A DNA stretch of 62,956 bases, the filler included, from Chiloscyllium plagiosum (taxonomy: Eukaryota): NCBI RefSeq assembly GCF_004010195.1. It is 4 parts of one record of this genome, joined end to end, with 100 filler letters (N's around TTAATTAATTAA, not from the genome) between each part and the next. Parts side by side here need not be neighbours in the genome. Positions count along the whole stretch, not along the records: positions 1 to 20,382 come from NC_057713.1; 3 more parts are not named here. The stretch is one strand, 5' to 3'. The notes beneath the pieces were generated by a model that was given only the letters and a program-made list of their open reading frames with translations, was not told where the DNA came from and made no database searches. The position numbers and the translations under genes were made by a program. Shown here one piece after another: positions 1 through 11,624 of the stretch (position 1 is its first letter; every line of letters starts with the position of its first letter).

Positions 1-2196
1 GACCCCCTAATAGTCAGAGGGAAATTGAGAAACAAACTTGTAAGGAGATCTCAGCTATCTGTAAGAATAATAGGGTAGTTATGGCAGGGGATTTTAACTT
101 TCCAAACATCGACAGGGGCTGCCATAGTGTTAAAGGTTGAGATGGAGAGGAATTTCTTATGTGCGTACAAGACAATTTTCTGATTCAGTGTATGGATGTA
201 CCTATTAGAGAAGGTGCAAATCTTGGGAAATAAGGCAGGGCAGGTGACTGAGGTGTCAGTGGGGGAGCACTTTGGGGCCAGCGACCATAAGTCTATTCGT
301 TTTAAAATTGTGATGAAAAAGGATAGACCAGATCTAAAAGTTGAAGCTCTAAATTGGAGAAAGGCCAATTTTCTCGGTATTAGGCAAGAACGTTCGAAAG
401 CTGATTGGAGGCAGATGTTCGCAGGTAAAGGGATGGCTGGAAAATGGGAAGCCATCAGAAATGAGATAACAAGAATCCAGAGAAAGTATATTCCTGTCAG
501 GGTGAAAGGGAAGGCTGGTCGGTATAGGGAATGCTGGATGACTGAAGGAACTGAGGGTTTGGTTAAGAAAAAGAAGGAAGCATATGTCAGTTATAGACAG
601 GATAGATCGAGTGAATCCTTAGAAGAGTATAAAGAAAGTAGGAATATACTTGAGAGAAATCAGGAGGGCAAAACGGGGACATGAGATAGCTTTGGCAAAT
701 AGAATTAAGGAGAATCCAAAGGGTTTTTACAAATATATTAAGGACAAAAGGGTAAGTGGTGAGTGAATAGGGACCCTCAAAGATCAGCAAGGCGGCCTTT
801 GTGTGGAGCCACAGAAAATGGGGGAGAAACTAAATGAATATTTTGCATCAGTATTTACTTTGGTAAAGGATATGGAAGATATAGACTGTAGGGAAATAGA
901 TGGTGACTTCTTGCAAAATGTCCAGATTACAGAGGAGGAAGTGCTGGATGTCTTGAAACGGTTAAAAGTGGATAACTCCCAGGGACATGATCAGGTGTAC
1001 CTGAGAACTCTGTGGGAAACTAGAGAAGTGATTGCTGGGCCTCTTGCTGAGATATTTGTATCATCAACAGTCACAGGTGAGGTGCCGGAAGACTGGAGGT
1101 TGGCAAACGTGGTGCCACAGTTTAAGAAGGGCGGTAAAGACAAGCCAGGGAACTATAGACTGGTGAGCCTGACCTCGGTGGTGGGCAAGTTGTNNNNNNN
1201 NNNNNNNNNNNNNNNNNNNNNNNNNNNNNNNNNNNNNNNNNNNNNNNNNNNNNNNNNNNNNNNNNNNNNNNNNNNNNNNNNNNNNNNNNNNNNNNNNNNN
1301 NNNNNNNNNNNNNNNNNNNNNNNNNNNNNNNNNNNNNNNNNNNNNNNNNNNNNNNNNNNNNNNNNNNNNNNNNNNNNNNNNNNNNNNNNNNNNNNNNNNN
1401 NNNNNNNNNNNNNNNNNNNNNNNNNNNNNNNNNNNNNNNNNNNNNNNNNNNNNNNNNNNNNNNNNNNNNNNNNNNNNNNNNNNNNNNNNNNNNNNNNNNN
1501 NNNNNNNNNNNNNNNNNNNNNNNNNNNNNNNNNNNNNNNNNNNNNNNNNNNNNNNNNNNNNNNNNNNNNNNNNNNNNNNNNNNNNNNNNNNNNNNNNNNN
1601 NNNNNNNNNNNNNNNNNNNNNNNNNNNNNNNNNNNNNNNNNNNNNNNNNNNNNNNNNNNNNNNNNNNNNNNNNNNNNNNNNNNNNNNNNNNNNNNNNNNN
1701 NNNNNNNNNNNNNNNNNNNNNNNNNNNNNNNNNNNNNNNNNNNNNNNNNNNNNNNNNNNNNNNNNNNNNNNNNNNNNNNNNNNNNNNNNNNNNNNNNNNN
1801 NNNNNNNNNNNNNNNNNNNNNNNNNNNNNNNNNNNNNNNNNNNNNNNNNNNNNNNNNNNNNNNNNNNNNNNNNNNNNNNNNNNNNNNNNNNNNNNNNNNN
1901 NNNNNNNNNNNNNNNNNNNNNNNNNNNNNNNNNNNNNNNNNNNNNNNNNNNNNNNNNNNNNNNNNNNNNNNNNNNNNNNNNNNNNNNNNNNNNGAATGAG
2001 CTGCCAGAGGATGTGATGGATGCTGGTACAATTGCAACATTTAAGAGGCATTTGGATGGGTATATGAATAGGAAGGGTTTGGAGGGATATGGGCCGGGTA
2101 CTGGCAGGTGGGACTTGATTGGGTTGGGATATCTGGTCAGCATGGATGGGTTGGACCGAAGGGTCTGTTTCCATGTTGTACATCTCTATGACTCTA
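1..2196 (+). mobile_element. CR1-clade LINE (HER1-like), degraded ORF2 (endonuclease to RT) and 3' end, spanning N gap 1194-1993
   Basis: Translations GEHFGASDHKSIRFKI and VPEDWRLANVVPQFKKGGKDKPGNYRLVSLTSVVGKL are typical CR1 ORF2. The typical 3' end (GGACCGAAGGGTCTGTTTCC...CTATGACTCT) follows the gap. Confidence 0.9.
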
Positions 2197-2699
2197 ACTT
2201 TGATCCTCGAGGGCCGAAGGGCCTGTACTGTGCTGTAATGTTCTGTGTTCTATGTTCGATACATAGATTTGAATAAAGTCCACAATCAACATAATTTTTC
2301 TAAACGAACAAGAAATTGAATTGAATTGAATTGAATTCATTATCACGTGTACTGGGGCACAGTGAAAAGCTTTGTCTGAATAGTCAAATTCTTACATTAT
2401 TTCAACAGGCACTGAACCAACGAAGTTCTTGCAACTTACTTATGAAAACACGCAATATTCTAAGGTCACGATATACTGTCAGTGAAACACTTCCAACAAT
2501 AAAAGGTCTGGAAGTCATTCAAAATGATTTCTTTTTAATCAGGGCTCCAATTGAAAGTTTCAAACGATTCCAATAATTATATTTAATTAAGTCGGCACAA
2601 ACCTGAAGTTTCCACCAGATACGACTTCACTTACTTATGTTACGCACATACAACATTATTTTGCACAACACTCAAATTTCACAGCTAATGTATCATAAC

Positions 2700-3950
2700 T
2701 AATCCTGTCAAATGTATTTCCTGGGAAAATTTGCATATGCTCATGATAGTTATATAATAGAATCCTTTGAGGTCAAGACAGGAGTCAAACAGGGATAAGT
2801 CATCACCCCCATCCTTATGTCCAACCTCATCGCCACTATTCTTTCTCTTGTCAAAAACAAGCTTCCCAGTGGTGTGGACATTGTCTACAGGATTAACAGA
2901 AAACTTTCTAACTTCAACTAGTTGAGATCCAAGAAGAAAACAACATCAACCTTGCTCGTGGAACTTCAGTATGCAGATGACAATGTCATCTCTGCTCTCC
3001 CGGAAGAGAATCTTCAAGCATAGGGTTAATGCCTTCTCGGAAGCATACTGAAGAATTGGTCTCAGCTTCAACCTCAAGAAAACTTCAATCCTTTACCAAC
3101 CCATCCTCGATCAAATTCCAGTTCATGCCTGCATTAAGATCAATGGAGAAATCTTCCCATAAGTGGAGCATTTCCCTTACCTGTGAAGCTGTCTTTCATC
3201 GAAGATTAATATGTGCAGATTGAACACAACATTCAACTCGTCCATGCCAACCAGATATCCCAACCCAATCTTGTCCCACCTGCCAGCACCCAGCCCATAT
3301 CCCTCCAAACCCTTCCTATTTCATATATAAATCCAAATGCCTTTTAAATGTTGCAATTGTAAGAAAACTTGGAGCATATACGTCACTGCCTCAAGGCACT
3401 TGTGAAGTACTATCAACATTGTTTGAGATAGCTTCTCCCCATTAACTAAAGGAACAGGCATCCTTGAAGCAATCAAGGCCATGATCATCAAAACCAACTC
3501 TGTTGGGCCAGCCACATGTTCAGGATTCCTCTTCGAACTGCCAAAACAAACCTTCTTTGCCCAGCTCAAGGAAGGCACTCGAATGACAGGAGGACAGAGG
3601 AAGTATTTTGAAGACTTCCATAAGGTTTCCCTCAAGAAATTCAACATAAATGTCATGCTTAGGAGACCCTCATCAGAAGAAGAAACTCACTTGGAGGAAG
3701 CTCCTGTATGAAGGGTCCCAATTCTTTGAAACACATGTCAGCAAGAGAATGTATGGAAAAGGAGCTGAAGAACAGAAGGTCAGCAATCTCAATGTCAAGG
3801 TCCAATCCCACCTCCCAGAAAATCCCGACAAATGTCAGAGTTGCAGTTCTAGAATTAGTCTCATCAGCCACACAAGATCCCACAGAACCCATGACCATTA
3901 ACACAGAATTTCCGAGACAAACAATCATACTTGTAAGCGAGTGATTGCCC
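2700..3950 (+). mobile_element. Degraded RTE-clade LINE (RT and C-terminal region), interrupted by a short minus-strand CR1 fragment at ~3236-3360
   Basis: Frameshifted motifs ESFEVKTGVKQG, VELQYADD, LPKQTFFAQLKEGTRMTGGQRK and terminal CQSCSSRISLISHTRSH are characteristic of RTE/BovB-like ORFs. Confidence 0.8.
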
Positions 3951-4995
3951 TCAATGATACACATACTATAGAACAGTACTATGATTGATGCATTCAATGT
4001 ACTTGGGAGAACAGCAGACACTGATGATTTTGACATTGGTGAAAATGGTGGAACAAGTGAGATGCTCAAAAAAGAAAACACTGGATGAATAGGGGGTCAC
4101 AGCAAGACATAGTCATGTGACAAATGTCACAAATATCCTTTAGGGAACGAAATAGACCCTCTATAACTTGTCTGATCTCCAGACCCACAGCAATTTAGTG
4201 GACTCTGAAGTGCCCTTTGAAATGGTCTTGAAAGCCACTAAGTTGTATCAAACCACTAAAAATACTCTAAAAAGAAATGAAACCAAATGGACCACATTAC
4301 ACCCACACAGACCTGAAAAAGAACAATAGTAAACTTAGCCCAATTGACTCGATAGATTCCTCCTTACTAACATCTGGAGCTAGTGTCAAAATTGGGAGCG
4401 TTGTTTCATAGACTAGTCCAGCAACAATCTGACACAATCATTCTCATGAACATGGATGGAATTGGCCCTTCTCACTGTCATTAAACCCCTCTTCAATGCT
4501 GCCAAAATCTCCTTGAAAAGTTGATATCATAATTGTTTTCACATTACCCCATACAGGAGGTCAGGATGATCCAAACCTAATGTAGTCCTTCAGGATTTAA
4601 GTCATGTTTGTTTATAGGTTAATTCAGATGCTATAAGGTACTGCTTTTTTGACATGATAACAATTCATTTGGATTGAATCCAATTGAAATTCACAACAAG
4701 CAGTTTAATCCAATTTTCAGAATATTTTATATTGTATAATCCAGACATGCAGTAATGCCAAGACATGGAATTTCTTACTCCAATGTCATGCAACTTAAGT
4801 ATTTGATTCAAGTCTTTTGTTGGTTGTTCTGGATTACTTTAATTGTCAGTTGCCACAAATCCAAATTTGTGTCTACATTTGAACAAGACTTCAGATTATA
4901 TAAAACATACACCTTTAACTTCACGAGTAAAATCTGCATATCATAAGGGCAGTGAGCAGCTGCCAGTTCTCATAAACAAGGATGTGAAGATTAAG

Positions 4996-5204
4996 GAGAA
5001 AGTGAGGTCTGCAGATGCTGGAGATCAGAGATGGAAATGTGTTGCTGGAAAAGCGCAGCAGGTCAGGCAGCATCTAGGGAACAGGAGAATCGACGTTTCG
5101 GGCATAGCCCTTCCTGAAGAAGGGCTTATGCCCGAAACGTCGATTCTCCTGTTCCCTAGATGCTGCCTGACCTGCTGCGCTTTTCCAGCAACACATTTCC
5201 ATCT
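4996..5204. mobile_element. Palindromic non-autonomous Penelope-like element (two inverted terminal arms)
   Basis: Near-perfect inverted repeat centred near 5112. Flanked by a 12-bp target duplication GTGAAGATTAAG (4984-4995) / GTGAAGAGTAAG (5205-5216). Arm sequence matches the termini of coding PLE fragments at 5761-6176 and 47637-49086. Confidence 0.85.
5110..5146 (+). ncRNA. Minimal type I hammerhead ribozyme motif (PLE-associated)
   Basis: CTGAAGA-A-GGGC-TTAT-GCCC-GAAAC-GTC (core 5114-5141), with palindromic ACGT helix III. Confidence 0.7.
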
Positions 5205-5760
5205 GTGAAGAGTAAGTGCCAATAGCATATTGGATTATTTCTGACATCTTCTGTAAAGTAATATAATGTTTGATGACTAAACAACATGTACAAATTCTAA
5301 CCATCTGCACATGGACAACTTTGCGTAGGTATTATTTTACTCAAGAAGGAGAGTCAACCTTTCTACTTGAGACCGCTGGAGAAGACTACAACTAGGAGAA
5401 TAAATAAAAAGTAATTACAATAAATAAAAAGTCTAATAAGGACATCAATAGAATTTGTTTCCCAGATATTGGTTAGAGTGTGGAACCCGCAACTAGGAAT
5501 AGTAGTGAGGTAAAAGCTAAAGACAAAGCTGAAGTGCACGATCCATCTTGGCCTCTGCCTGGGATCCCTAATGTCAAAGAAGCTAGTCTTCAGCCACTTC
5601 AATTCACTCCACGTGATAGCTACAGTTCTTCCCAAATGCAGCAAGACCTGGACAATGTCCAGGTTTGGGATGACAAGTGACAACTTACATTCATACCACA
5701 CAATGACCTTTTCCAACAAGACACAATCTAATCATTGGCCTTTGACACTCAATAGCTTGG

Positions 5761-6176
5761 GGAAAGTGAGGACTGCAGATCAGAGCTGAAAAATGTATTG
5801 CTGTAAAAGCACAGCAGGTCAGGCAGCATCCAAGCAGCAGGAGAATCGACGTTTCGGGCATAAGCCCTTCATCAGGAATGAGGAAGGTGTGCCAAGCAGG
5901 CTAAGATAAAAGGTAGGGAGGAGGGACTTGGGGGAGGAGCATCAGGAATGCGATAGGTGGAAGGAGGTTAAGGTGAGGGTGATAGGCCAGAGAGGGGGTG
6001 GGGGCGGAGAGGTCGGGAAGAAGATTGCAGGTCAAGAAGGCGGTGCTGAGTCCGAGGGTTGGGACTGAGATAAGGTGGGGCGAGGGGAAATGAGGAAGCT
6101 GGAGAAATCTGCATTCATCCCTTGTGGTTGGAGGGTTTCTAAGTGGAAGATGAGGCGCTCTTCCTCCAGGTGTCGG
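5761..6176 (-). mobile_element. Penelope-like element 3' fragment (GIY-YIG C-terminus plus terminal repeat)
   Basis: Minus strand encodes RHLEEERLIFHLETLQPQGMNADFSSF, followed by a C-rich UTR and the hammerhead-bearing terminus. Confidence 0.85.
5844..5879 (-). ncRNA. Minimal hammerhead ribozyme motif
   Basis: Minus strand CTGATGA-A-GGGC-TTAT-GCCC-GAAAC-GTC (core 5848-5875). Confidence 0.7.
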
Positions 6177-6998
6177 ACAAAGAAACTTGGGAGTCCTCAT
6201 CCATGAATCACAAAAAGCTAGTATCCAAGTTCAGCGGATAATGAGAAAGACAAATGGAATGTTAGCTTTTATTTCGAGAGAATGAAGTATAAAAGTGAGA
6301 AGGTCTTGCTAAAACTATACAAGGCAGTAGTCAGGCTCCAGCTTGAATACTGTCACCAGTTCTGGGCCACTTACCTAAGCAAAAAATGCTGGTATTGGAG
6401 GCAGTCCAGAGAAGATTCACCAGGCTGATGCCATGTATGGAGGGACTGTCTTATGAAGAGATTAAATAGACTGGGTTTGTATTCATTAGAACTTAGCAGA
6501 AGTGGGTACTGCAGATGCTGGAGCTTAGAGTCAAGATTAGAGTGGTGCTGGGAAAGCACAGCAGGTCAGACAGCATCCAAAGAAAATCGGCGTTTCGGGC
6601 AAAAGCCCTTCATCAGCGTCATTAGAACTTAGAAGAATGAGAGGTGACCTTATTGAAACATACAAGACACTTAGGGTCTTGACAGGGTAGATTTTCTAAA
6701 CAGGTAGTTTAGAAACAGACAGCATAATCTCAGAATAAGTAGTTGTGCATTTAATACAAAGATGAAGAAGTGTTTATTCACTCAGATGGGAGTGAATTTG
6801 TGAAATTATTTACTGCATAGGGCTATTGAAGCAAGATGGTTAAGTATATTCAGGGTTGATCATTAAGGGAATCAAAGGTTATAGAGAAAGAGCAGGAAGG
6901 TGATGTTGAGGATTATCAGGTCTGCTATGATTGCACTTATGGCAGAACAGATTGGATGGGCTGAATTTCTTACTTCTGCTCCTACGTCTTATAGTCTT
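6177..6998 (+). mobile_element. Older CR1 LINE 3' fragment, interrupted by a PLE arm
   Basis: Decayed LKLYKAVVRLQLEYC and RMRGDLIETYK motifs, plus a CR1-type 3' tail. Confidence 0.75.
6497..6618 (-). mobile_element. Single-arm PLE terminal insertion with 14-bp TSD
   Basis: TCATTAGAACTTAG is duplicated at 6483-6496 and 6619-6632. The insert ends at the CTGATGA box of a mutated hammerhead core. Confidence 0.8.
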
Positions 6999-7232
6999 AG
7001 ATAGTATTCCACTGTATTTATTGCCCTTTTCTCTCTAGTTATTTAGGTTGCAAGCTTGGAAGGTGTTGTCTAAAGGGTTTTGGTAAGTCAAACAATGACA
7101 AACATGCTGCATTGTACATCAGTGAGGGAGGGTCCAAATGTTAAAGGTGTTAGATAAGGCACCAATTATGTGGGTTGCTTTGACCTCTTGAACTTCTTGA
7201 GCTTTGTTGGAGCAGCACAAACCAGGCAAGTA

Positions 7233-7421
7233 CAGGTCATTCTGCTATAACACACATTTCGCTGAGTGCAACTGACAAATTGTGATGCTGTTTCTCAAGC
7301 GTGAACTTTTAAAACGTATTGGCTGTAATGCCAACATTTTAAACATGGTTCTAAAGAGTGATTTTTCTACAACACGGGGTTGCACAAGAATGCAACCATC
7401 ACGTTATAGAAAAACTGACTG
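7233..7421. mobile_element. Tc1/mariner (pogo/Tigger-like) MITE
   Basis: Imperfect TIRs CAGGTCATTCTGCTATAAC / GTTATAGAAAAACTGACTG with TA on both sides (7231-7232, 7422-7423). Removing it restores the host LINE sequence CAGGCAAGTA|GAAAGTATTCC. Confidence 0.75.
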
Positions 7422-7493
7422 TAGAAAGTATTCCATAACATGTCTGATCTGTGCATTTTGGGATGGTTGTTATATCTCAGCCGATAGTTAGAC

Positions 7494-8316
7494 TGTACGA
7501 GTCAGGTCCCACAGTGATAGCTGTCTCAATAGACGCTAAGTTTTATTTTATTTTTGCCATGGTAGTCAGTCACTGAGCATATTCAGAAGGGGTTGTCAAT
7601 GTACTTTTAACAAAATAATAAATATTTTACAAGTACAAAGAAGGGGAAAATATCATTAATATTGGGCCACATAAGAACTAATTGCAATTATCTTATTATA
7701 AATATCTGATATAGAGTTTCAAACTTTTTACCGTCAATAGGTAGTTAAAATTCAGTGAAAGGTCACCCAGGCTCCACTTTAAATTTCCTTGTTCAGTTGG
7801 GACAGTTATAATTAGTTTATGGAGCTTTTTTATTCCTGACTTCCAGAGCAAATCCATGACTATCCTCAGTTTCCATTAGTTTTCTGAAAATGGCTTTTTA
7901 AAAAACTCTTAGGCCAAAAGACTTTTTCCCAGCTCTGAGTTTTTTGGAGGCTGCTAAACTAGCAGAGCCTTTTCATTCTAACTGAACCTGGACACACTGT
8001 TCTATATTCTTGACATGGTTCTATTCTCTTGTGATATTGGACTTCTGTTGCTATGCAACAAGAGTATTATTTTTCCTCTTCTTTGTTTCCAATGCAGTGA
8101 ATTCTTCACATCAAGCTATAGTCCCAAAGCTGTAAACTCTTAGTAAAATGCATGTATCAGTAAATTTCAGACATCCAGCATCACTCACACAATAAATATA
8201 AAATGAAACTAAAACCAAATCTCTCTTTCTTAACACAGGAGAGAAATTCAAACTTAAGGCTGTATGGTTCTTCCACTTTCGGACAAAAGTTTCCAAATAG
8301 TAGTAATATTGTAACA
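7494..8316. mobile_element. Possible solo LTR
   Basis: Non-coding block starting TGTA and ending TGTAACA, with AATAAA at ~8191, interrupting a minus-strand LINE remnant. No clear TSD. Confidence 0.3.
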
Positions 8317-8324
8317 AGAACTTT

Positions 8325-8787
8325 CATGATAATGGTGGACAGGCTCTGAGGACCCAGGTGGTAAGTTACTGCTGGCAGAACATCCCCCAGCCTCTGGTTT
8401 GTTCTTGAAACCATAGTATTTATATGTCTAGTCCAGTTCAGTTTCTGGTCATTGGTAAACATTAGGATATTGATAATTGAAGGTTCAGTGATGGGAATGC
8501 TATTGAGTATCAAGGGGCATTGGTTGGATTCTCTCTTGTTGGATTTAGTCGTTGGCTGGCAAGTAACATTTGTGCCACACAATAGCCCAAGCCACAATGT
8601 TTGGCAGATCTTCTGCATTTGTATATAGACCACTTGAGGAATTGAATAGTGGTGAACGATGTTGAACATTATGCCACCATCAGCAAATGCCTCTACTTCT
8701 GACTTAATGGTGGAAAGAGTAGATAAAGTAGCTGGAGTGATTAGGCCTTAGGCACTGCCCTAAGAAACTCCTGTAGTAATGTCCAGT
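8325..8787 (-). mobile_element. CR1-like LINE remnant (second family), with a further piece at ~7040-7480
   Basis: SIINILMFTNDQKLNWTRHINTMVSRTNQRLG is an RT-thumb-like motif. Related pieces lie at 32850-33030 (-) and 56932-57460 (+). Confidence 0.65.
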
Positions 8788-9165
8788 GGGAACTGAGAAA
8801 TAAGACAGGGATGATAACCTTATTGGATTTGTATTATAGACCCTCTAACAGTCAGAGGGAAATTGAGAAACAAACTTGTAAGGAGATCTCAGCTATCTGT
8901 AAGAATAATAGGGTGGTTATAGTAAGGGATTTTAACTTTCCAAACATAGACTGGGACTGACAAGTGTTAAGGGTTTAGATGGAGAGGAATTTGTTAAGTG
9001 TGTACAAGAAATTGTTCTGAGTCAGTACGTGGATGTACCTACTAGACAAGGTGCAAAACTAGACCCACTCTTGGGAAATATGGCAGGGCAGGTGACTGAG
9101 GTGTCAATGGGGGAGCATTTCGGGGCCAGCGACCATAATTCTATTCGTTTTAAAATAGTAATGGA
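8788..9165 (+). mobile_element. CR1 endonuclease-region fragment, abruptly 3'-truncated
   Basis: Highly similar to 1-312 (YYRPSNSQREIEKQ...GEHFGASDHNSIRFKIVM), then stops in a C/T-rich low-complexity tract. Confidence 0.85.
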
Positions 9166-9537
9166 TCCTCCAGTCTCTACTCTCCCTCCCTATCTCTGTC
9201 ACCCCCTCCAGCCCCTACTCCCCTCCCTACCTCTGTGTCGCATCCTCCAACACCTACACCCTCTCCATATCTCTGTCACCTCCAGCCTTTAATAATGTGA
9301 CTGACAGAGATCAATGCCTAGGTTACCTGGCAGAACCACTGCCTGTTTTCGTTGCCACCGTGCCTGTTAGCTCTCGAATACGTGCCTCAGAAAAACAATC
9401 CTTATTTGAATGGTGTCACTGCTGATAGTGTTGGCTGAGGTCTGGGAAAGGGTCTTGAACCCACTTCTTTCTGGCTTTGACCCACAGCTGTATTTGACCC
9501 TCCAAAATTCCTCAATGAACTTCAAAGGTGTTCCTAC

Positions 9538-9658
9538 CTTTTCCGGAAGGAGAGTGTGCATTTGGTAAGTCTGTTCAGCTCCTCTGACCTCCACTGACAC
9601 CTGATGGGGCTCAGGTATGACTTGACAAAGCATGAAAGGGTCGGAGCCCTTGGAATCT
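9538..9658 (-). CDS. IL6R: IL6R-like cytokine receptor, exon encoding the first half of FN3 domain D2 (equivalent to human IL6R exon 3)
   Basis: Acceptor ttttccctccacttatcccaacAG, donor AG|GTAGGA. 121 bp, phase 1 to 2. Encodes (Q)IPRAPTLSCFVKSYLSPIRCQWRSEELNRLTKCTLSFRK with the class I cytokine receptor P-x-L-S-C...C-x-W motif, resembling IL6R PPEEPQLSCFRKSPLSNVVCEW...TKAVLLVRK. IL11RA/CNTFR are less similar but not excluded. Confidence 0.8.
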
Positions 9659-10221
9659 CTGTTGGGATAAGTGGAGGGAAAACAAACAGGCTTTTATTCC
9701 GTTCCCAAATTTCTCTGCTTATACCGCTAGGCAAAATACAACTCGGGGAAAATCTGGCTCACTTCTCGAGCAGCTTGTGCCATTCAGCAGGTCCCAAGTG
9801 TTTCACACTAGGCAACAAAGTACTATCCAAAGCGCGCTCTCTGCTGCATCGCAGTCAATTCACGCACAGCAGGATCCCAAGCACAATAACGTGCTGATCA
9901 CCCAAATCATCTGGGATTGTTTTGTCATGAGCAGCGCGGGTTGAAGGGCTAAAGATCGGACCCAGGAAAACGTGGAAAACTCCACATCCTCACCAATGCC
10001 CTCTCCCTTTCAGACCAATAACAGACTTGGGCTCCTTTTTGTAACCTGCGAGATTAAGAACGTGACTCTGTTGAATCTCATCCTGAACGATAGCACCACC
10101 AACAATGCAGCAGTCCCTCAATATTAACCCACCTACAACACAATGGTCCCTCATATGTGCCTGTGGACTGGATGCTGTTTAAGTATACTATCAATTGTGC
10201 AGTTTAAATATGCTGTGTAAG

Positions 10222-10612
10222 CGGGGCGCTGTTTGAATACTCCCTGTAGACCGGGCTCTGTTTGAATACTCCCTGTAGACCGGGCGCTTATTGAATACGC
10301 TCTGTAGACTGGGCGCTGTTTGAACACGCTCTGTAGACCGGGCTCTGTTTGAACACGCTCTGTATACCGGGCGCTTATTGAATACGCTCTGTAGACTGGG
10401 CGCTGTTTGAACACTCTCTGTAGACCGGGCGCTTATTGAATACTCTCTGTAGACTGGGCGCTGTTTGAACACTCTCTGTAGACCGGGCGCTTATTGAATA
10501 CGCTCTGTAGACTGGGCGCTGTTTGAACACGCTCTGTAGACCGGGCGCTTATTGAATACGCTCTGTAGACTGGGCGCTGTTTGAACACGCTCTGTAGACT
10601 GGGCGCTGTTTG
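10222..10612. repeat. 29-bp intronic minisatellite with 58-bp higher-order dimer (~13 units)
   Basis: Units CTCTGTAGACCGGGCGCTTATTGAATACG and CTCTGTAGACTGGGCGCTGTTTGAACACG alternate. The same phase recurs at 10447, 10505 and 10563. Confidence 0.95.
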
Positions 10613-10652
10613 ATTAGGCTCTGAGCTGTAGTGTGCTTTTTATTGCACTCAC

Positions 10653-10898
10653 GTTGGACGATTAGTCGGACATTGAATACTGGTGTGTTGTTTCGCAGAC
10701 ACATGTAGTTGCCAGTGTCTTTAAATTGCGTGGAGTTTAAGATCAGGGTGGTGGAGTTCATGATGTGGCGCAGTGAAGGGCTCAGTCTCTTGTTATTCCA
10801 CCTCCATTCAATTTCGTCCAACCCGTGCATTTTGTCTGTTCCACATTCCATGATGACATGTTCACCAAAGCGGGCAGCTCTCGTGCCATTGGGTGACA
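10653..10898 (-). CDS. IL6R: IL6R-like cytokine receptor, Ig-like domain D1 exon (equivalent to human IL6R exon 2)
   Basis: Acceptor ccttttcactttctAG, donor C|GTGAGT. 246 bp, phase 1-1, open. SPNGTRAARFGEHVIMECGTDKMHGLDEIEWRWNNKRLSPSLRHIMNSTTLILNSTQFKDTGNYMCLRNNTPVFNVRLIVQ has Ig C, W and DxGxYxC landmarks and four NxT sites. Splices in frame to 9538-9658. Confidence 0.85.
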
Positions 10899-11059
10899 CT
10901 AGAAAGTGAAAAGGACCCATCAGTGTACCATGCAAGAGCTGGTTATTTTTTGTCTGCCAAATAGGTTCCAGCAGACTGGCCTATCAGCTGACATATTTTC
11001 TCTCCCAGGCAGTACTGACCATTCAATCACGCCTCCTAGCTAGCTGGCACAGTAGGCAG

Positions 11060-11446
11060 CGCAGTGTTACCTCAGCGCTGACCCTCTGGCAGTGCAGTGC
11101 TCCCTCAGCCCCGACCCTCTGACAGTGCAGTGCTCCCTCAGCGCCGACCCTCTGGCAGTGCCTGCTCTCAGCGCCGACCCTCTGGCTATGCCCGCTCCCT
11201 CAGTGCCGACCCTCTGGCAGTGCCTGCTCTCAGCGGCGACCCTCTGGCTATGCCCGCTCCCTCAGTGCCAACCCTCTGGCAGTGCCCACTCCCTCAGCGC
11301 TGACCCTCTGGTAGTGCCTGCTCCCTCAGCGCTGACCTTCTGACGATGTGGCACTCCTTCAGTGCTGACCCTCCAACAGTGCAGTGCTACCTCAATGCTG
11401 ACCCTCTGACAATGCTTGCTCTCTTAGTACTGACCCACCGACAGTG
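11060..11446. repeat. Degenerate ~30-32-bp minisatellite related to the large array at 16033-20382
   Basis: Repeated CTCAGCGCCGACCCTCTGGCAGTGCC(C)GCTCC-like units. Confidence 0.9.
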
Positions 11447-11624
11447 TATAATGTGTGCTGAATGTCTCCCAATGTATACACATAATGTCCCTTACAACCG
11501 AAGCCGATGTGAGATAACTCTGGCAAGCTGGCCAGTGTATTGAGAGTTAAAGGAGTTGTATTATCATCCCAGAAATGACCCATTGCAAGAATGCAAATTG
11601 AGTACAATCATTCATTAACAGGGG

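Noticed and set aside
803..2183. Long ORFs of 295-398 aa here and at 18115-19225 and 47670-48794
   Set aside because: Their length comes from N runs. The real parts are LINE, PLE or satellite sequence.
2440..2507. Minus-strand phase 2-1 segment (PFIVGSVSLTVYRDLRILRVFI) as the next receptor exon
   Set aside because: Far too short and lacks the second conserved cysteine pair of the FN3 domain.
4843..5310. Identical peptides on both strands (RWKCVAGKAQQVRQH...; also CWNSTAGQAASREQE ORFs)
   Set aside because: By-product of the palindromic PLE insertions, not genes.
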